Shown here in pieces: positions 26,839 to 37,800 of a stretch of 64,000 nt of DNA. The notes below the pieces were generated by a model, which was not told where the DNA came from, searched no databases, and saw only the letters and a program-made list of their open reading frames with translations. The position numbers and the translations under genes were made by a program. The DNA comes from Azolla caroliniana (Eukaryota; Plantae; Polypodiophyta). The stretch spans positions 1,798,001 to 1,862,000 of the forward strand of contig JBHGNT010000018.1 in NCBI GenBank assembly GCA_043228905.1. The letters are read 5' to 3'. How positions within the stretch are numbered: position 1 is the stretch's first letter; each line of letters begins with the position of its first letter.

Positions 26839-29178
26839 GCATCACCCCTAGTGTTAGTTACTTTAGCTCCTAAAATAACTTTCAAAGGAGAGAAATAACC
26901 AAACCAATTCTCATTACTAGAGGGGAACCATGAAACCATAAATGTCCCAATGCCACTTGCATATCATTGCACATAATAGCACCTCCTCGAACGGAATGCA
27001 TCGACAAAGCTTGTAACGGGTGATTCATAACATAGCATCCCCATGTTAGAACATTACCTACAATGGATGCATCCAAAGAAGCCCAATTCAACCTAGAGCG
27101 GCTACCAAGCAAAAAACCCCTTACATCAGAGAAGAGAAAATTCCAAGTCAAAGGTTGTATCAACAAGTCATCCATTGTCAAAGGCATTTTCCAAACCAGA
27201 AATCTTTTAACAACTGACCAACTTGTGAGAATTCCATTAAAAAATCTATCTTCTGGTAAGGGTGTTTTAAACAAATGAAAATTCTGAATAAAGGCCCATC
27301 TTAATGAGGGTTGCCACATTCCACCTATTGTCGGACACATAGTAGACAATCTATGCATCATCAGCTAACTCCAAACACCTTGTATTGGCAACATAGCTCT
27401 ACACACAATTTAGAAAGCAAAGGCTTACATTGTGATTACGGATCCACCAACCCCAACCCACCATTTTGTCACAGAGCAATCAATTCTGCCCAAACTACTT
27501 TAGGCCTTTTATCTTGACTTGTTTTTCCTCCCCAAATGTAATTGTGAATGAGGCATTGCACCTGCAAAATACATGACCTAGAAAACAACGTAGTAGAAGC
27601 AATATACCAAATAGTTGCTAGAAGAACTTGGTTAGCTACAAGTACATGGCCTGCTAATGACAGGTTAACCAAATCCCAAAGCAACAATTTTCTCCTTAAC
27701 TTTAAAAGTAGAGGAACAACTAACATATCCACATTAACGTGAAGTCCCACTTGGCAACCCAAGTAGTGAGTAGTAGTTCCATCATGAACCCAATTGAATT
27801 CCTGCGAAAGCATCCAAGTAGGCAACGGATTTTGTGATACCCAAAAATCAAGAGATTTACGCCAATTTATCTTTACTCCAAAGGCCAACCAGAATTCCTC
27901 CACTACTACTTGTAATTTTCTTAAAGTATCATCATTGCCTTGAACATAAATTGAAGAATCATCAGTGAATTCTGAATCCAACAATTGTTGTTGCATTGAG
28001 AGCAAAGGCAAACCCTTAAGAGAAACTTGATAAGAATTTAAATACATGTATGGAAAATGTTTCCATTACTAGCAAAAATAGGAATGGGGCCAATGGACAG
28101 CCTTGACGTACAGAACAGGAAATAGAGAATTTTTTAGTTTGCCCATCGGCTACCAAGACTGAACTAAAGGCCCCACGATACAACGAAGCTACAACCCTGA
28201 TCTATTGGACAGGAAAACCTAATCTCAAAAACGAATCTTCCATGAAGTCCCAATTAACTCTGTCATATGCGTTTTCAAAATCTAATAGAAGAACCACAAG
28301 ATCTTCTTTATTCTTCATTAGAATCCCTATTAATTCCCCCCCAAAAAAACATTATAAAAAATATTATGTTCTTGCATAAATTCCGTCTGAGATGCATGCA
28401 CAATGTCTGGAAGAAAGGTATGTAATCTCAAAGCCAATAACTTAACATAAATTTTATAAATTGTATTCAATAGAGTAATGGGGTGTCAACCCTTAACCTC
28501 ATCTGTAACTACATTACATTTCAGAATGAGGCATACCAATCCCTCTTTGCACATTTGTGGCATAATACCTGTATTGAAGATTTCTTGAAATACTGCAATT
28601 AAATCGTCAACAATCAAATCCCAATATGTAATAAAAAAATCCCTCCCCATTCCATCTACTCCCATGCAGACATCTAGCCCAACACCTTTGATAGCCTGCA
28701 ATATTTCAAAGGAGGAAAATGGACAGAGAATCTGATGCGAAATTCAAGATGTTACCTTAACCGAAGTAGCAATCCAAACTTGTTGGCACATGTGTAGAAT
28801 TTCAACACTTCGAATATCTATTGATAACAAAGACTCATAATAAGCGGCTACAATATGCCTCATTTCATCTCTGTCCGTTGTGATAGTGCCGTTGGATCTT
28901 TTCAACTACACAATCTGAATTTTATTTCTTTTAGGCATAACATGTTGGAAAAAAAAAATTGACATGGTGTCACCTTTTGCACACCATCTTGTTGCAAATG
29001 CTTGAAACTTCTCTTAGCATTCAACAAACTTCTAGTGTAATTACTTTGTTTTAACTTAGCTTGTTGTACAAAGAAGTTGGAGACTGCTATAAGAACATTT
29101 TGTAGTTTCTTAACAATTAGAATCACCCACATCCATTCTCCAAAGTGAAAAAATTGTATGTTGCAAAGTCATATAATC

Positions 29179-29262
29179 TGTTGGAAGCGAGGTCGTTAAT
29201 GCGGAAGATCAAGAAGCATTCTGTTCTGTTCAGTACCTGCGTATGAGAGATTGTAGGTCGTT

Positions 29263-29299
<37 letters not shown>

Positions 29300-29471
29300 C
29301 ACAAAAGACTTTCTTATTGCATAAACAAAGAATACAACAACCAACCTCACAAAGAGGTTACAAGGTCACTATATATAGTGACCGACTTAGGGCAACTACC
29401 CTTTATGCTAATTACATAAATGGCCAAAACGGGATGGTGTGAATACGTCCATTATACACATGTATTCGACA
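29179..29471 (-). repeat. Copia 3' LTR
   Basis: TGTTGGAAGCG...TATTCGACA, identical by eye to 34355-34647 including (AG)16. Confidence 0.97.
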
Positions 29472-29478
29472 CTCCCCC
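29472..29478 (-). other. Polypurine tract (PPT)
   Basis: GGGGGAG on the minus strand immediately before the 3' LTR. Confidence 0.85.
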
Positions 29479-29664
29479 GTAATGGGCGTATACATGGGTT
29501 ATCTAAGATTACAGGTATAGACTTAGGTTCTCGGACATATCAGCTTTGTTCGAGTCGGCAGGATCCGAAGACAGAAGACCGAACTGGTCGGGTCGGAACA
29601 GTTGAAGCCGATCATTAAGGAGCTGATGTCGGTTGTCGGGAACCATCCTGCTCTGTGTCCGGCT

Positions 29665-32600
29665 CTAACCGGACTGGTTTGTCGTTACGCCCATCTGATG
29701 CCGAAGAGACCGAAAACGGTCTGCCGAGAGACATTTGGTCATTCCATCTGCGACATTATCGGTTGTGGATATTTTCTCTAGACCGATTTTCCCTGAAATG
29801 ACGCAGTCCCGAACGAAGTGATATCGAACGTCGATATGTTTGGAGGCGTTGTGGTGAACCGGATTTTTCGACAAGGCAACAACACCTTGACTGTCGCTGT
29901 AGACAACTGGAGCCGAGTCATGGTCGACTTGTCGAAACGTGTGCGCCAGCCGACCAAGCCATAAGGCTTCTTTTGCTGCGTCGGACGCAGCTACATATTC
30001 TGCTTCGGTCGTTGAGGTCGCTGTGCATTCCTGAAGTTTCGACTTCCACGAGATTGCTCCATTGCCGAATTTGAAGCAGTATCCGGTTGTTGATTTCCGA
30101 CTGTCTATACAGCCGGCGAAGTCCGAGTCGGTGTAACCGACTACGCCTGAGGTTCGGTTCGGACCGAAAAGAATGCCGTGGTCTTTTGTGCCAGCCAGAT
30201 ATCTGAACACATGCTTGACTGCGTTCCAATGCGATCGGCCAGGATTGTGCATAAATCTGCTAACGACTCCTACGGCATGAGAGATATCAGGCCGTGTCGC
30301 GACCATCAGGTACATAAGGGAGCCGACTGCCGGTGCATACGGTACCGACTTCATATCTTCCCCCTCCGGACCGGATGTCGGGCAGTCTCGCTGAGAGAGC
30401 CGAAGATTCATGGGGAGCGGGGTTGAAGCAGATTTGGCTGATTGCATGTTGAAGCGTTCCAAGACACGTCCGATGTAGTCGGTCTGAGACAAAAAAAGAT
30501 GTCGTTTATCGCGATGCCGACTAATCTTCATGCCGAGTATGTGTCGTGCCGGGCCGAGGTCCTTCATGGCAAACTTCAACCGCAGTTGCCGAACGAGGTC
30601 GGCAAGTTCGCCCGCGTGGCGTCCAGAAATTAGCATGTCGTCCACGTAAATGATGAGGAAGATGGGTGATCCATCTTGAGCTGTGTTGGTGAAGAGACAA
30701 TGGTCCTCATCGCTTTTGGAGAAGCCGATCGATTGGATGAAGTCGTCGAACTTCTTGTACCATTGTCGCGGTGCCTGTTTGAGGCCGTATAGACTCTTCC
30801 TGAGTCGGCAGACTAGATGTTCTTGGCCGGTGGCCACGAAGCCTTTTGGCTGCTCCATATAAATTTCCTCCTCGAGATCACCATGGAGGAAGGCGGTTTT
30901 GACATCTAGCTGAATCAGCTCCAAGTTGTCGGCGGCCACTACGCCGAGTAGAAAACGGAGGGTTGTCATTTTCACCACTGGTGAAAAAATCTCGTCGAAG
31001 TCGACGCCATATTCTTGTCGGAAGCCCTTCGCAACTAATCTGGCCTTGTACTTTGGGGTGGTCGAATCAGACGTCTCTTTTAGTCGATAAACCCACTTGC
31101 AAGGAAGAGCACATCGGTTCCTAGGTAATTCGACCAGATCCCAAGTCTTGTTTGCCCGAATGGAGTGCATTTCCGACTCCATCGCCAGATGCCAGGTGGC
31201 TGAATCGACGGATGTCGATGCTTCTTCGTAAGACGTCGGTTCGCCGGCGTCGGTGAAGAAAATTCCAGGAGAATACCTCTCCGGAGGTTGCGACAGTCGC
31301 TCGGATCGTCGAGGCATGATTGGACTGGTCGCATCGGGTATCGTGGTCGGATGGTCCGAAAGCGGATTGTTCTGCTGTGCCGAGTCGGAGTTGTCCGAGT
31401 CGGTAGTGTAAGGTTCAGCTACCCGTGAAGCTGACCGTGTGTTGAGAGCGGGGCCTTCTTGAAGGGTCGGCACATCGGAAAAGGTTACCCTTCGGACTTC
31501 GATCGGTTTTTCGACTGATGGATTCATGGCCGACTCGTTGAACACAACGTCCGAACTTCGAACGATTTGTCTGCGTTCGGGGTCCCAGAGTCGGTATCCC
31601 ATTTCGCCGTCGGATCCATATCCAAGGAAAATGCATTTCCTGGACCGAGGTGCAAGTTTTCGGCGATCATCTTTCGGAATAAGGGCGTACGCCTCGCATC
31701 CGAAGATCCTCAGCTTGTCGTAATTCGGCTTACTGCCGATCCATAGTTCCTGAGGAATTTGAAGTCCTAGAGGTCTACTTGGCGACATATTGATTATGTG
31801 TACTGCCGTGAGTAGAGCCTCTGCCCAGAAGCCATCCGACAGTCCGGAGTGTTGGAGCATGGAGACTAACCGTTCTTGGATTGTCCGATTCATGCGTTCG
31901 GCAATCCCGTTTTGCTCCGGACTGTATGGTGCCGTAAGTTCACGTCGGATGCCGCGTTGTCGGCAGAATTTGACGAATTCTTCGGATTTGAACTCTCCCC
32001 CATTGTCTGTCCGAAAGCATTTCAGCTTTCGGTCGGTTTGATTTTCCACCATAGCGAGCCAATCTGAAAAGATCGAGAAGACACGATCTTTGGTGCGAAT
32101 TGGATACGCCCACACCTTTCGAGTCGAGTCGTCAATAAAAGTGACGAAGTAAGATGCACCGCCTAGAGACTGATGCGGCATTGGGCCACAGACGTCCGAA
32201 TGGACTAAATCGAGAGGTCTCGTTTCTCTTGGTGCTGATGTCGGGTGTGATGCGGCTACTTGTTTGCCATACTGGCAATGCTCGCAGAATTGATGGTCCG
32301 AGAAGGAGAGTTTGGGGATGTATCCGGCTCTAGATAGGTGCGTGATGCCGGCCTTGCTGAGGTGTCCCAGTCTTCGGTGCCATAGTGATGACACAGGAAT
32401 ATCCACCAAGAACAGGTTACCCTCTCTGAGCGTAACATGTAACGGGTACAGGGAGTGTATCTTAGGTCCTCTAGCAAGCAGGAGGTTCCCCCTGTGGAGT
32501 GTCCACCCTCCCGAAGAGAAACCGGCACGAATGCCGTCTTCATCTAGTTGTCCGACTGAGATCAATGGCCTTGAGAGCTCGGGTACATGTCGGACATTGT

Positions 32601-33681
32601 GGAGTACAAGTGTAGAGCCACCTGCAAGGTTGAGCTCTACTGTGCCGATTCCGATGATGTCACAGTGTTGCGAGTTACCGACCCGAACTGAGTCGGAGTG
32701 ACGGATCGTGTATTGCCGAAATTGGGATCGATGAGGAGTCACGTGAAATGACGCGCCCGAATCTAAGAGCCATGTGCTCGATTCTTCAGTCGTGAGTAGA
32801 ACTTCTGATCCGACTGGATTTTCGATTGATAGTATATTCGGGTCGTCCGGTAGTACATCGGCTGAGAAGCTGACGTAATTGATCTCCTCATGCCGGCCAC
32901 TCTTCTTGTTGTTCTTGTTCTTGAGTGCGCGGCAGTCGGCTTTGATGTGTCCGGGTTTCTTGCAGTAGTTGCAAATTCGGTTATCCCGTGACTGGCTCCG
33001 TCTTCGCTGATTGTTCGGCGGTCGTGAGGAATCTCTTCCTCGTATGTTCGATCGGTCTGTCGAACCTTGTACTACATAAGCGTCTTCTGTTGAGTCTTTG
33101 CCGAAAGACTTTCTCCGAGCTGCTTCGGTTAGGATTGCGCTCGTGACTTCGGAGTATTTAACAGCCGTGGTTGACGCGTTGCACACAGTTGTGACGAAAG
33201 TTTCCCATGATGAGGGAAGGCTGCTCATGAGTATCATTGCTCTGAGTTCATCCTCGATTGCCGTCCCCTGAGATGAGATTTGGGAGCTGATGCTTTCGTA
33301 CTCATTGAGGTGTGCCTGAACCGAATCGGATTCTTTCATCCGCAAGTTGTAGAGGCGCCGGATCAGAAACATCTTCGTTGCGGCGACCTTCTTTTCGTAA
33401 GTGTCCGACAGTGTTTTCCACAGTTCGAATGCTGTCGTACACGATTGCACCGTAAAGTATACCGATTCCGATAGGTGCATCCGAATCGTGGCGCGGACGA
33501 TTCTGTCCAGCTTCTGCCACTCAATTGGTTTGTATCCTTCTGGAGGTTCTTCATTTTCGATGGGATCGATTTGCCCCTTGACTATGAGATAGTCCTGCAT
33601 TTGCTCCTTCCAGAAGTTAAAGTTCGATCCATCGAACTTTCGTAGACTCATTTCTGACGAGCCGGATGTTGATGCCATCAA
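29665..33681 (-). CDS. Copia Gag-Pol polyprotein (gag, Zn knuckle, protease, integrase, RT, RNase H), 1338 aa
   Basis: Motifs in order: CNYCKKPGHIKADC, WLLDSGAS, HRRLGH..CEHC, LVHSDVCGP/TDNGGEF/AERMNRT, QLDVKTAFLHG, YVDDML, YTDSD..TEAEY..SDSQ..ADGMTK. Integrase precedes RT, the copia order. Confidence 0.98.
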   Translation of the reverse strand: MMASTSGSSEMSLRKFDGSNFNFWKEQMQDYLIVKGQIDPIENEEPPEGYKPIEWQKLDRIVRATIRMHLSESVYFTVQSCTTAFELWKTLSDTYEKKVAATKMFLIRRLYNLRMKESDSVQAHLNEYESISSQISSQGTAIEDELRAMILMSSLPSSWETFVTTVCNASTTAVKYSEVTSAILTEAARRKSFGKDSTEDAYVVQGSTDRSNIRGRDSSRPPNNQRRRSQSRDNRICNYCKKPGHIKADCRALKNKNNKKSGRHEEINYVSFSADVLPDDPNILSIENPVGSEVLLTTEESSTWLLDSGASFHVTPHRSQFRQYTIRHSDSVRVGNSQHCDIIGIGTVELNLAGGSTLVLHNVRHVPELSRPLISVGQLDEDGIRAGFSSGGWTLHRGNLLLARGPKIHSLYPLHVTLREGNLFLVDIPVSSLWHRRLGHLSKAGITHLSRAGYIPKLSFSDHQFCEHCQYGKQVAASHPTSAPRETRPLDLVHSDVCGPMPHQSLGGASYFVTFIDDSTRKVWAYPIRTKDRVFSIFSDWLAMVENQTDRKLKCFRTDNGGEFKSEEFVKFCRQRGIRRELTAPYSPEQNGIAERMNRTIQERLVSMLQHSGLSDGFWAEALLTAVHIINMSPSRPLGLQIPQELWIGSKPNYDKLRIFGCEAYALIPKDDRRKLAPRSRKCIFLGYGSDGEMGYRLWDPERRQIVRSSDVVFNESAMNPSVEKPIEVRRVTFSDVPTLQEGPALNTRSASRVAEPYTTDSDNSDSAQQNNPLSDHPTTIPDATSPIMPRRSERLSQPPERYSPGIFFTDAGEPTSYEEASTSVDSATWHLAMESEMHSIRANKTWDLVELPRNRCALPCKWVYRLKETSDSTTPKYKARLVAKGFRQEYGVDFDEIFSPVVKMTTLRFLLGVVAADNLELIQLDVKTAFLHGDLEEEIYMEQPKGFVATGQEHLVCRLRKSLYGLKQAPRQWYKKFDDFIQSIGFSKSDEDHCLFTNTAQDGSPIFLIIYVDDMLISGRHAGELADLVRQLRLKFAMKDLGPARHILGMKISRHRDKRHLFLSQTDYIGRVLERFNMQSAKSASTPLPMNLRLSQRDCPTSGPEGEDMKSVPYAPAVGSLMYLMVATRPDISHAVGVVSRFMHNPGRSHWNAVKHVFRYLAGTKDHGILFGPNRTSGVVGYTDSDFAGCIDSRKSTTGYCFKFGNGAISWKSKLQECTATSTTEAEYVAASDAAKEALWLGRLAHTFRQVDHDSAPVVYSDSQGVVALSKNPVHHNASKHIDVRYHFVRDCVISGKIGLEKISTTDNVADGMTKCLSADRFRSLRHQMGVTTNQSG

Positions 33682-34340
33682 ATTCGGTTTTGGTTGACGA
33701 AGCTCGGTTCAGAGTTGACTACGAACCTTGTTGGAGTGCAGCCGGTTGGCTCACCCGATATCGTTCTAGTCGGATTTGAACCCGAGTCGGTTCGGCTTCG
33801 GAACTTGCTCGAATTGACTCCGGTAGCTTGAGGGACAGAACCGACTGGTCTTCCCGAATGTTGCCGAGTCGGCGTGAGCCCGGTTCGCTTCGGATATATA
33901 TGCCGAATACCGATAATTGAAACCGATTATCTGGACCGATTCTGCTTCGGGTGGCTGCAGCGACGAGAGAGACAGATCCAACTGATCCTCTCGAATGTCG
34001 ATCAGCCGGATGAAGCACGAATTGGGGTTGTTGTATTGAGACCGATCTGCACCGAGTGGTTACAACGAGCAGCGTTTGGTGACCTCTTCGGTTGCCGTTT
34101 AACCGAATGGAGCACGATCGTGTCAATGATGCACAAGGGGATTTCACCTCGAGCGGTTACGATCACACGGAAGAGAGTACAACCTGTGGGCTTACTCCAA
34201 GCAAGAGGATCTAACGCGATGAGGTGCAAACCTCGTTTTTGTTCTTCTTCTCTCTTTCTTCGAATGACGCGGATACTGTGCAGGCCGAGATGAAGTGAAG
34301 AACCGAATGCTGTGCAGGCGGTGATGACGGCCGAACCTCC

Positions 34341-34352
34341 GCTCTGATACCA
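34341..34352 (-). other. Primer-binding site complementary to initiator tRNA-Met
   Basis: TGGTATCAGAGC on the minus strand, 2 nt inside the 5' LTR boundary. Confidence 0.95.
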
Positions 34353-34354
34353 GA

Positions 34355-34438
34355 TGTTGGAAGCGAGGTCGTTAATGCGGAAGATCAAGAAGCATTCTGT
34401 TCTGTTCAGTACCTGCGTATGAGAGATTGTAGGTCGTT

Positions 34439-34475
<37 letters not shown>

Positions 34476-34647
34476 CACAAAAGACTTTCTTATTGCATAA
34501 ACAAAGAATACAACAACCAACCTCACAAAGAGGTTACAAGGTCACTATATATAGTGACCGACTTAGGGCAACTACCCTTTATGCTAATTACATAAATGGC
34601 CAAAACGGGATGGTGTGAATACGTCCATTATACACATGTATTCGACA
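34355..34647 (-). repeat. Copia 5' LTR
   Basis: 293 bp with TG..CA ends, same sequence as 29179-29471. Confidence 0.97.
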
Positions 34648-36568
34648 TAATCAACAATCAAGCTTGGCACATAAAATTGAGAAATAGAAGTATGGTTGTC
34701 CATACAGAATTTAAGCAGAACCAGAGCATGATCAGAGAACGAAGTGTCAAATATAATACCCACATATCCTCCACGATCCCCAAAAAATAATCCGCTCAAA
34801 ACCTATCTATTCTAGACAAATTGAGAGCAGCACTTCTTCTATTGGAACGTGACTATAACAAGGAATCATGCATGTGAGAGAAAGTAGGAATATGCCACAA
34901 ATCAGTAACTTCATATTTGAAAATTAGTTTCACCCACTCACGCAATTCCAAACCCGAGATAGTAACAAAAGATCCACCTAATCTATTAGTAGGGCTTTCA
35001 ATCATGTTCCAATCACCGCACATACACCAATGTTGTGCCACAGGAAGATCTTGCAATAACATATTCCACAAACGAATTCTTCCAGTTGCAGAATTCAGAG
35101 CATAGACATTCAAAAAACCAATCAATTTTCAAAAATAAGACTAAGCATATATTGAACTCTGCCACCATGCAAGACTCCTTTAGCTTGCACATGAAACTGG
35201 CATTGCATTCTAAGTGCGATACAAAGACCACCTTGAGTACCAAAGGGTCCAAATTGTCGGAACCCATTCATAAATCCAACTACCACATAGTAAATTTCTA
35301 ATCAACGCCATCCTTCACGAATTAAGATGGTGTTCTTGAAAACATAGCATATCAAGTCTACCTATAGAATATAAAGATAGTTTTTGAGTCAAGTAACATT
35401 TTACTCTATTACAACTCACACCTAATCCTTGAGGGCTCCAAGAAAAAAAGTTAAAATAATCCATATCAAGATTGAGATGGAGAAGACCTCTTATTAGTCA
35501 AAACTCCTTGTCCCTCCTTTTGAGAAGATGTTGCAACCCTTGTTATTCTTTTTTCCATAGGGGAATCCTTGAACAAAACATGATGGTCTTTATGCACTCT
35601 ATTTTTGCTATTCCCAAGTGTTTCTATAGTATCCTTTGTAGATGTAAAAACATAATGTGACTGCCCGACCTCCGTCTTCAAAATAGCTTAATATGATCGA
35701 GCATCTACCTTTGGATTGTTATGTTCAAAAGAGGTTATCATTTTCTGAACTAATGTTTTAACTTTCGTTAGAACAATTTCCAAAGAGGAAGCGGAAACCG
35801 GCATATCTACATCTTTCCGCAAAGTCACCATACTACATTCAGGCAATGCAAAGGGAGGGAGAATGAGTGGAATAATCTCCATAGATGGAGCAGAAACCGG
35901 CATTCCTATATCTTCCCTCAAAGTGTCCATATTACATTCAAGCAAAGCAATTTGAGGGGGATTGGAGCAAAGCATATCAACACTTTTCCCCTTCCCCACT
36001 TTATTTGAAGATGTATCGAAAGGCTTCTCTTGCTAAATTTCATGAAGCAACAAAGTAGTGACAACACTATTACTTTGATTGTTCATAGCAACAATAGGCT
36101 TAACATGGTTAGCCAAACAATCTTTTACCAAATGGCCGATATTTTTATAAGAAAAACACTGATGGGCCAAACCAAAATAAAGCACTTTCTAAATTTTCTG
36201 AAACATATTATCTTGTAGCTTCAAAAGACGAATCCAATTAGGTAAAACTGCATCCGTTTTATAGAGTAACTTGACAGACGGAGCTCCTCCTTTTTCAACA
36301 ATGTCCCTAAACGTAGATGAGTTAACATGTAGAACTCTTCCAAATGTTGCCCCAGTTTTGTGAAGCACCTCCCTCCACTCCTTATCTAGGCTTGGAAAAA
36401 CAACAGTACATGTAAAGTATCATGTTGCATCCACTTGTAGAACTACCGTATCAAAACCGTGGGTCCATGGGAAAAAAAGAACTCAAGCACCTGAGATGTC
36501 TACAGAGTGAATGGAAAGGAGATTGCAAACAAAAGAATTGTCTACAAACTCCAATTGATAGCAACCTC

Positions 36569-36735
36569 CCATACAACAAAACTTATGTTACCATGACATT
36601 AAATAACATTAGTTTCACTTCATATCCATGAGTATCACTCTAGTTGCATTTATTTTCCAATATATAATAACTTTTCCAACCAGCTTGAAGTCTAGACTCA
36701 AAGCATACTCTCCATTTATTTGTGGTGGGTACATC
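36569..36735 (-). mobile_element. RTE-like element, 5' part (joins 23091 once LINE A is removed)
   Basis: Reads RLQAGWKSYYILENKCN*...VKLMLFNVMVT*VLLYG and continues as VEVWG on the far side of LINE A. The TSD itself encodes VLLYG. Confidence 0.75.
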
Positions 36736-36839
36736 GATAGAGAGAGAGAGAGAGAGACTAACACTCATGGGTTCAACCCCGACATTCCATAGTGGCATCT
36801 ATAAGTCAAGAGATATGTATAGAGTAATATAGAGAGGTG

Positions 36840-36905
36840 AAAAAACTGGGTTTCAAACCCAAGACGTAGTGTTAGTAGTGTAACAACTTACCACTAGGGT
36901 AAGGT
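36840..36905 (-). pseudogene. Degenerate tRNA-like / SINE-head sequence
   Basis: Minus strand TTACCCTAGTGGTAAG...GGGTTTGAAACCCAGTTTTTT: A-box-like and B-box-like motifs at tRNA spacing followed by T6. No convincing cloverleaf. Confidence 0.3.
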
Positions 36906-36934
36906 AATTTACGCTAGAGAGAGAGAGAGAGTAA

Positions 36935-37800
36935 TGTTATAATGGAAATTTATAAAGGTCAAATATCTATACACCTTTATACCCTCCCAAATGTGAAAGG
37001 AACATGCATGTAGTTTGGTTAAATAAGGAGGAAGGTATAATGGTGAAATTATAAACCTTTACGAGGCGAGGGAATCGCGCAACGGACGGTGCAAGGCGTA
37101 TGTGATCTGCATCGTCCAATCTTTATCCAAGAAAAGTGTGCCATCAAAATATTTGTTTTATGGGAACCCAAGGAGCCTGACCGATCAAACCTCAATTGCA
37201 TGTTAAGAATATGGCACATGACACATTGATCGTGAAGAAGTACACACCAACAAGGAACGTTGCGCGACTAATCTACAAAAGAGGGGATAGAACAATCCAT
37301 GTAGGAGGGAATGCAAGCCAATGGGCAGCCTTGTGTGAAACGACCACATTCATATTGTAAAAGGTATAAAACTCACTTTGTAGTGTCTGTTATGCTTTTT
37401 CTCAATCTTAAGAGTTCTCCTAGGGATTAAAAGCTTTAAGCCACCTCTTCTATCTCCCTAATTGTAATTAAGAGCTAAGAGAAATTAGATATAATGATCA
37501 GTAAACCAACACTAATCTCTCTCTTGTTTGTGCTAGACCTCTTTGTACTAAGAGTGGTGGTAATAATATATTATCTTCATTTTAACTTCCTTGTTTCGGT
37601 GTACAAGAGATTGTAAGTGTAAGAGAGAGACTAATATTAATCATATAACACAAGTAAGCTAGTAGCTCTTAGGTAGTTAACAACTACCTCGGCCTGGTTC
37701 GCCATCAAAAGGGTATACACCGGTCTGAATCCTAGGCCAATGACATCGGGAGGAAGAAAAACTCCATCTATCTATAGAAGTGCTTCGGATCCGTGTGACA
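36935..37800. mobile_element. Possible old solo LTR
   Basis: TGTTAT...GTGTGACA ends and an internal TATAAAA at ~37365. No TSD found. Confidence 0.25.

Larger units (their letters stand above)
29179..34647 (-). mobile_element. Intact Ty1/copia LTR retrotransposon (5469 bp)
   Basis: Two 293-bp TG..CA LTRs, TSD TAATC at 29174-29178 and 34648-34652, a tRNA-iMet PBS, a PPT, and a single uninterrupted gag-pol ORF. Confidence 0.98.
23092..36568 (-). mobile_element. L1-like LINE 'A', 5'-truncated in ORF1, degenerate, host to two nested insertions
   Basis: 16-bp TSD CCATACAACAAAACTT at 23076-23091 and 36569-36584, with an A-rich tail at ~23092-23101. ORF1 has a zinc knuckle CFSYKNIGHLVKDC (~36160). 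The APE endonuclease shows QEHH, GDWNM and SDH (35460-34700). The RT shows LDFENAYDRV, RQGCPLAPFLF and EFTDD (28700-27900). The C-terminus resumes at 24285-23260. Confidence 0.9.

Noticed and set aside
29123-29350. LTR-encoded ORF (also 34002-34526) as an env-like or accessory gene
   Set aside because: It reads through the LTR (CT)n tract, and only ~190 bp separate the pol stop from the PPT, leaving no room for env.
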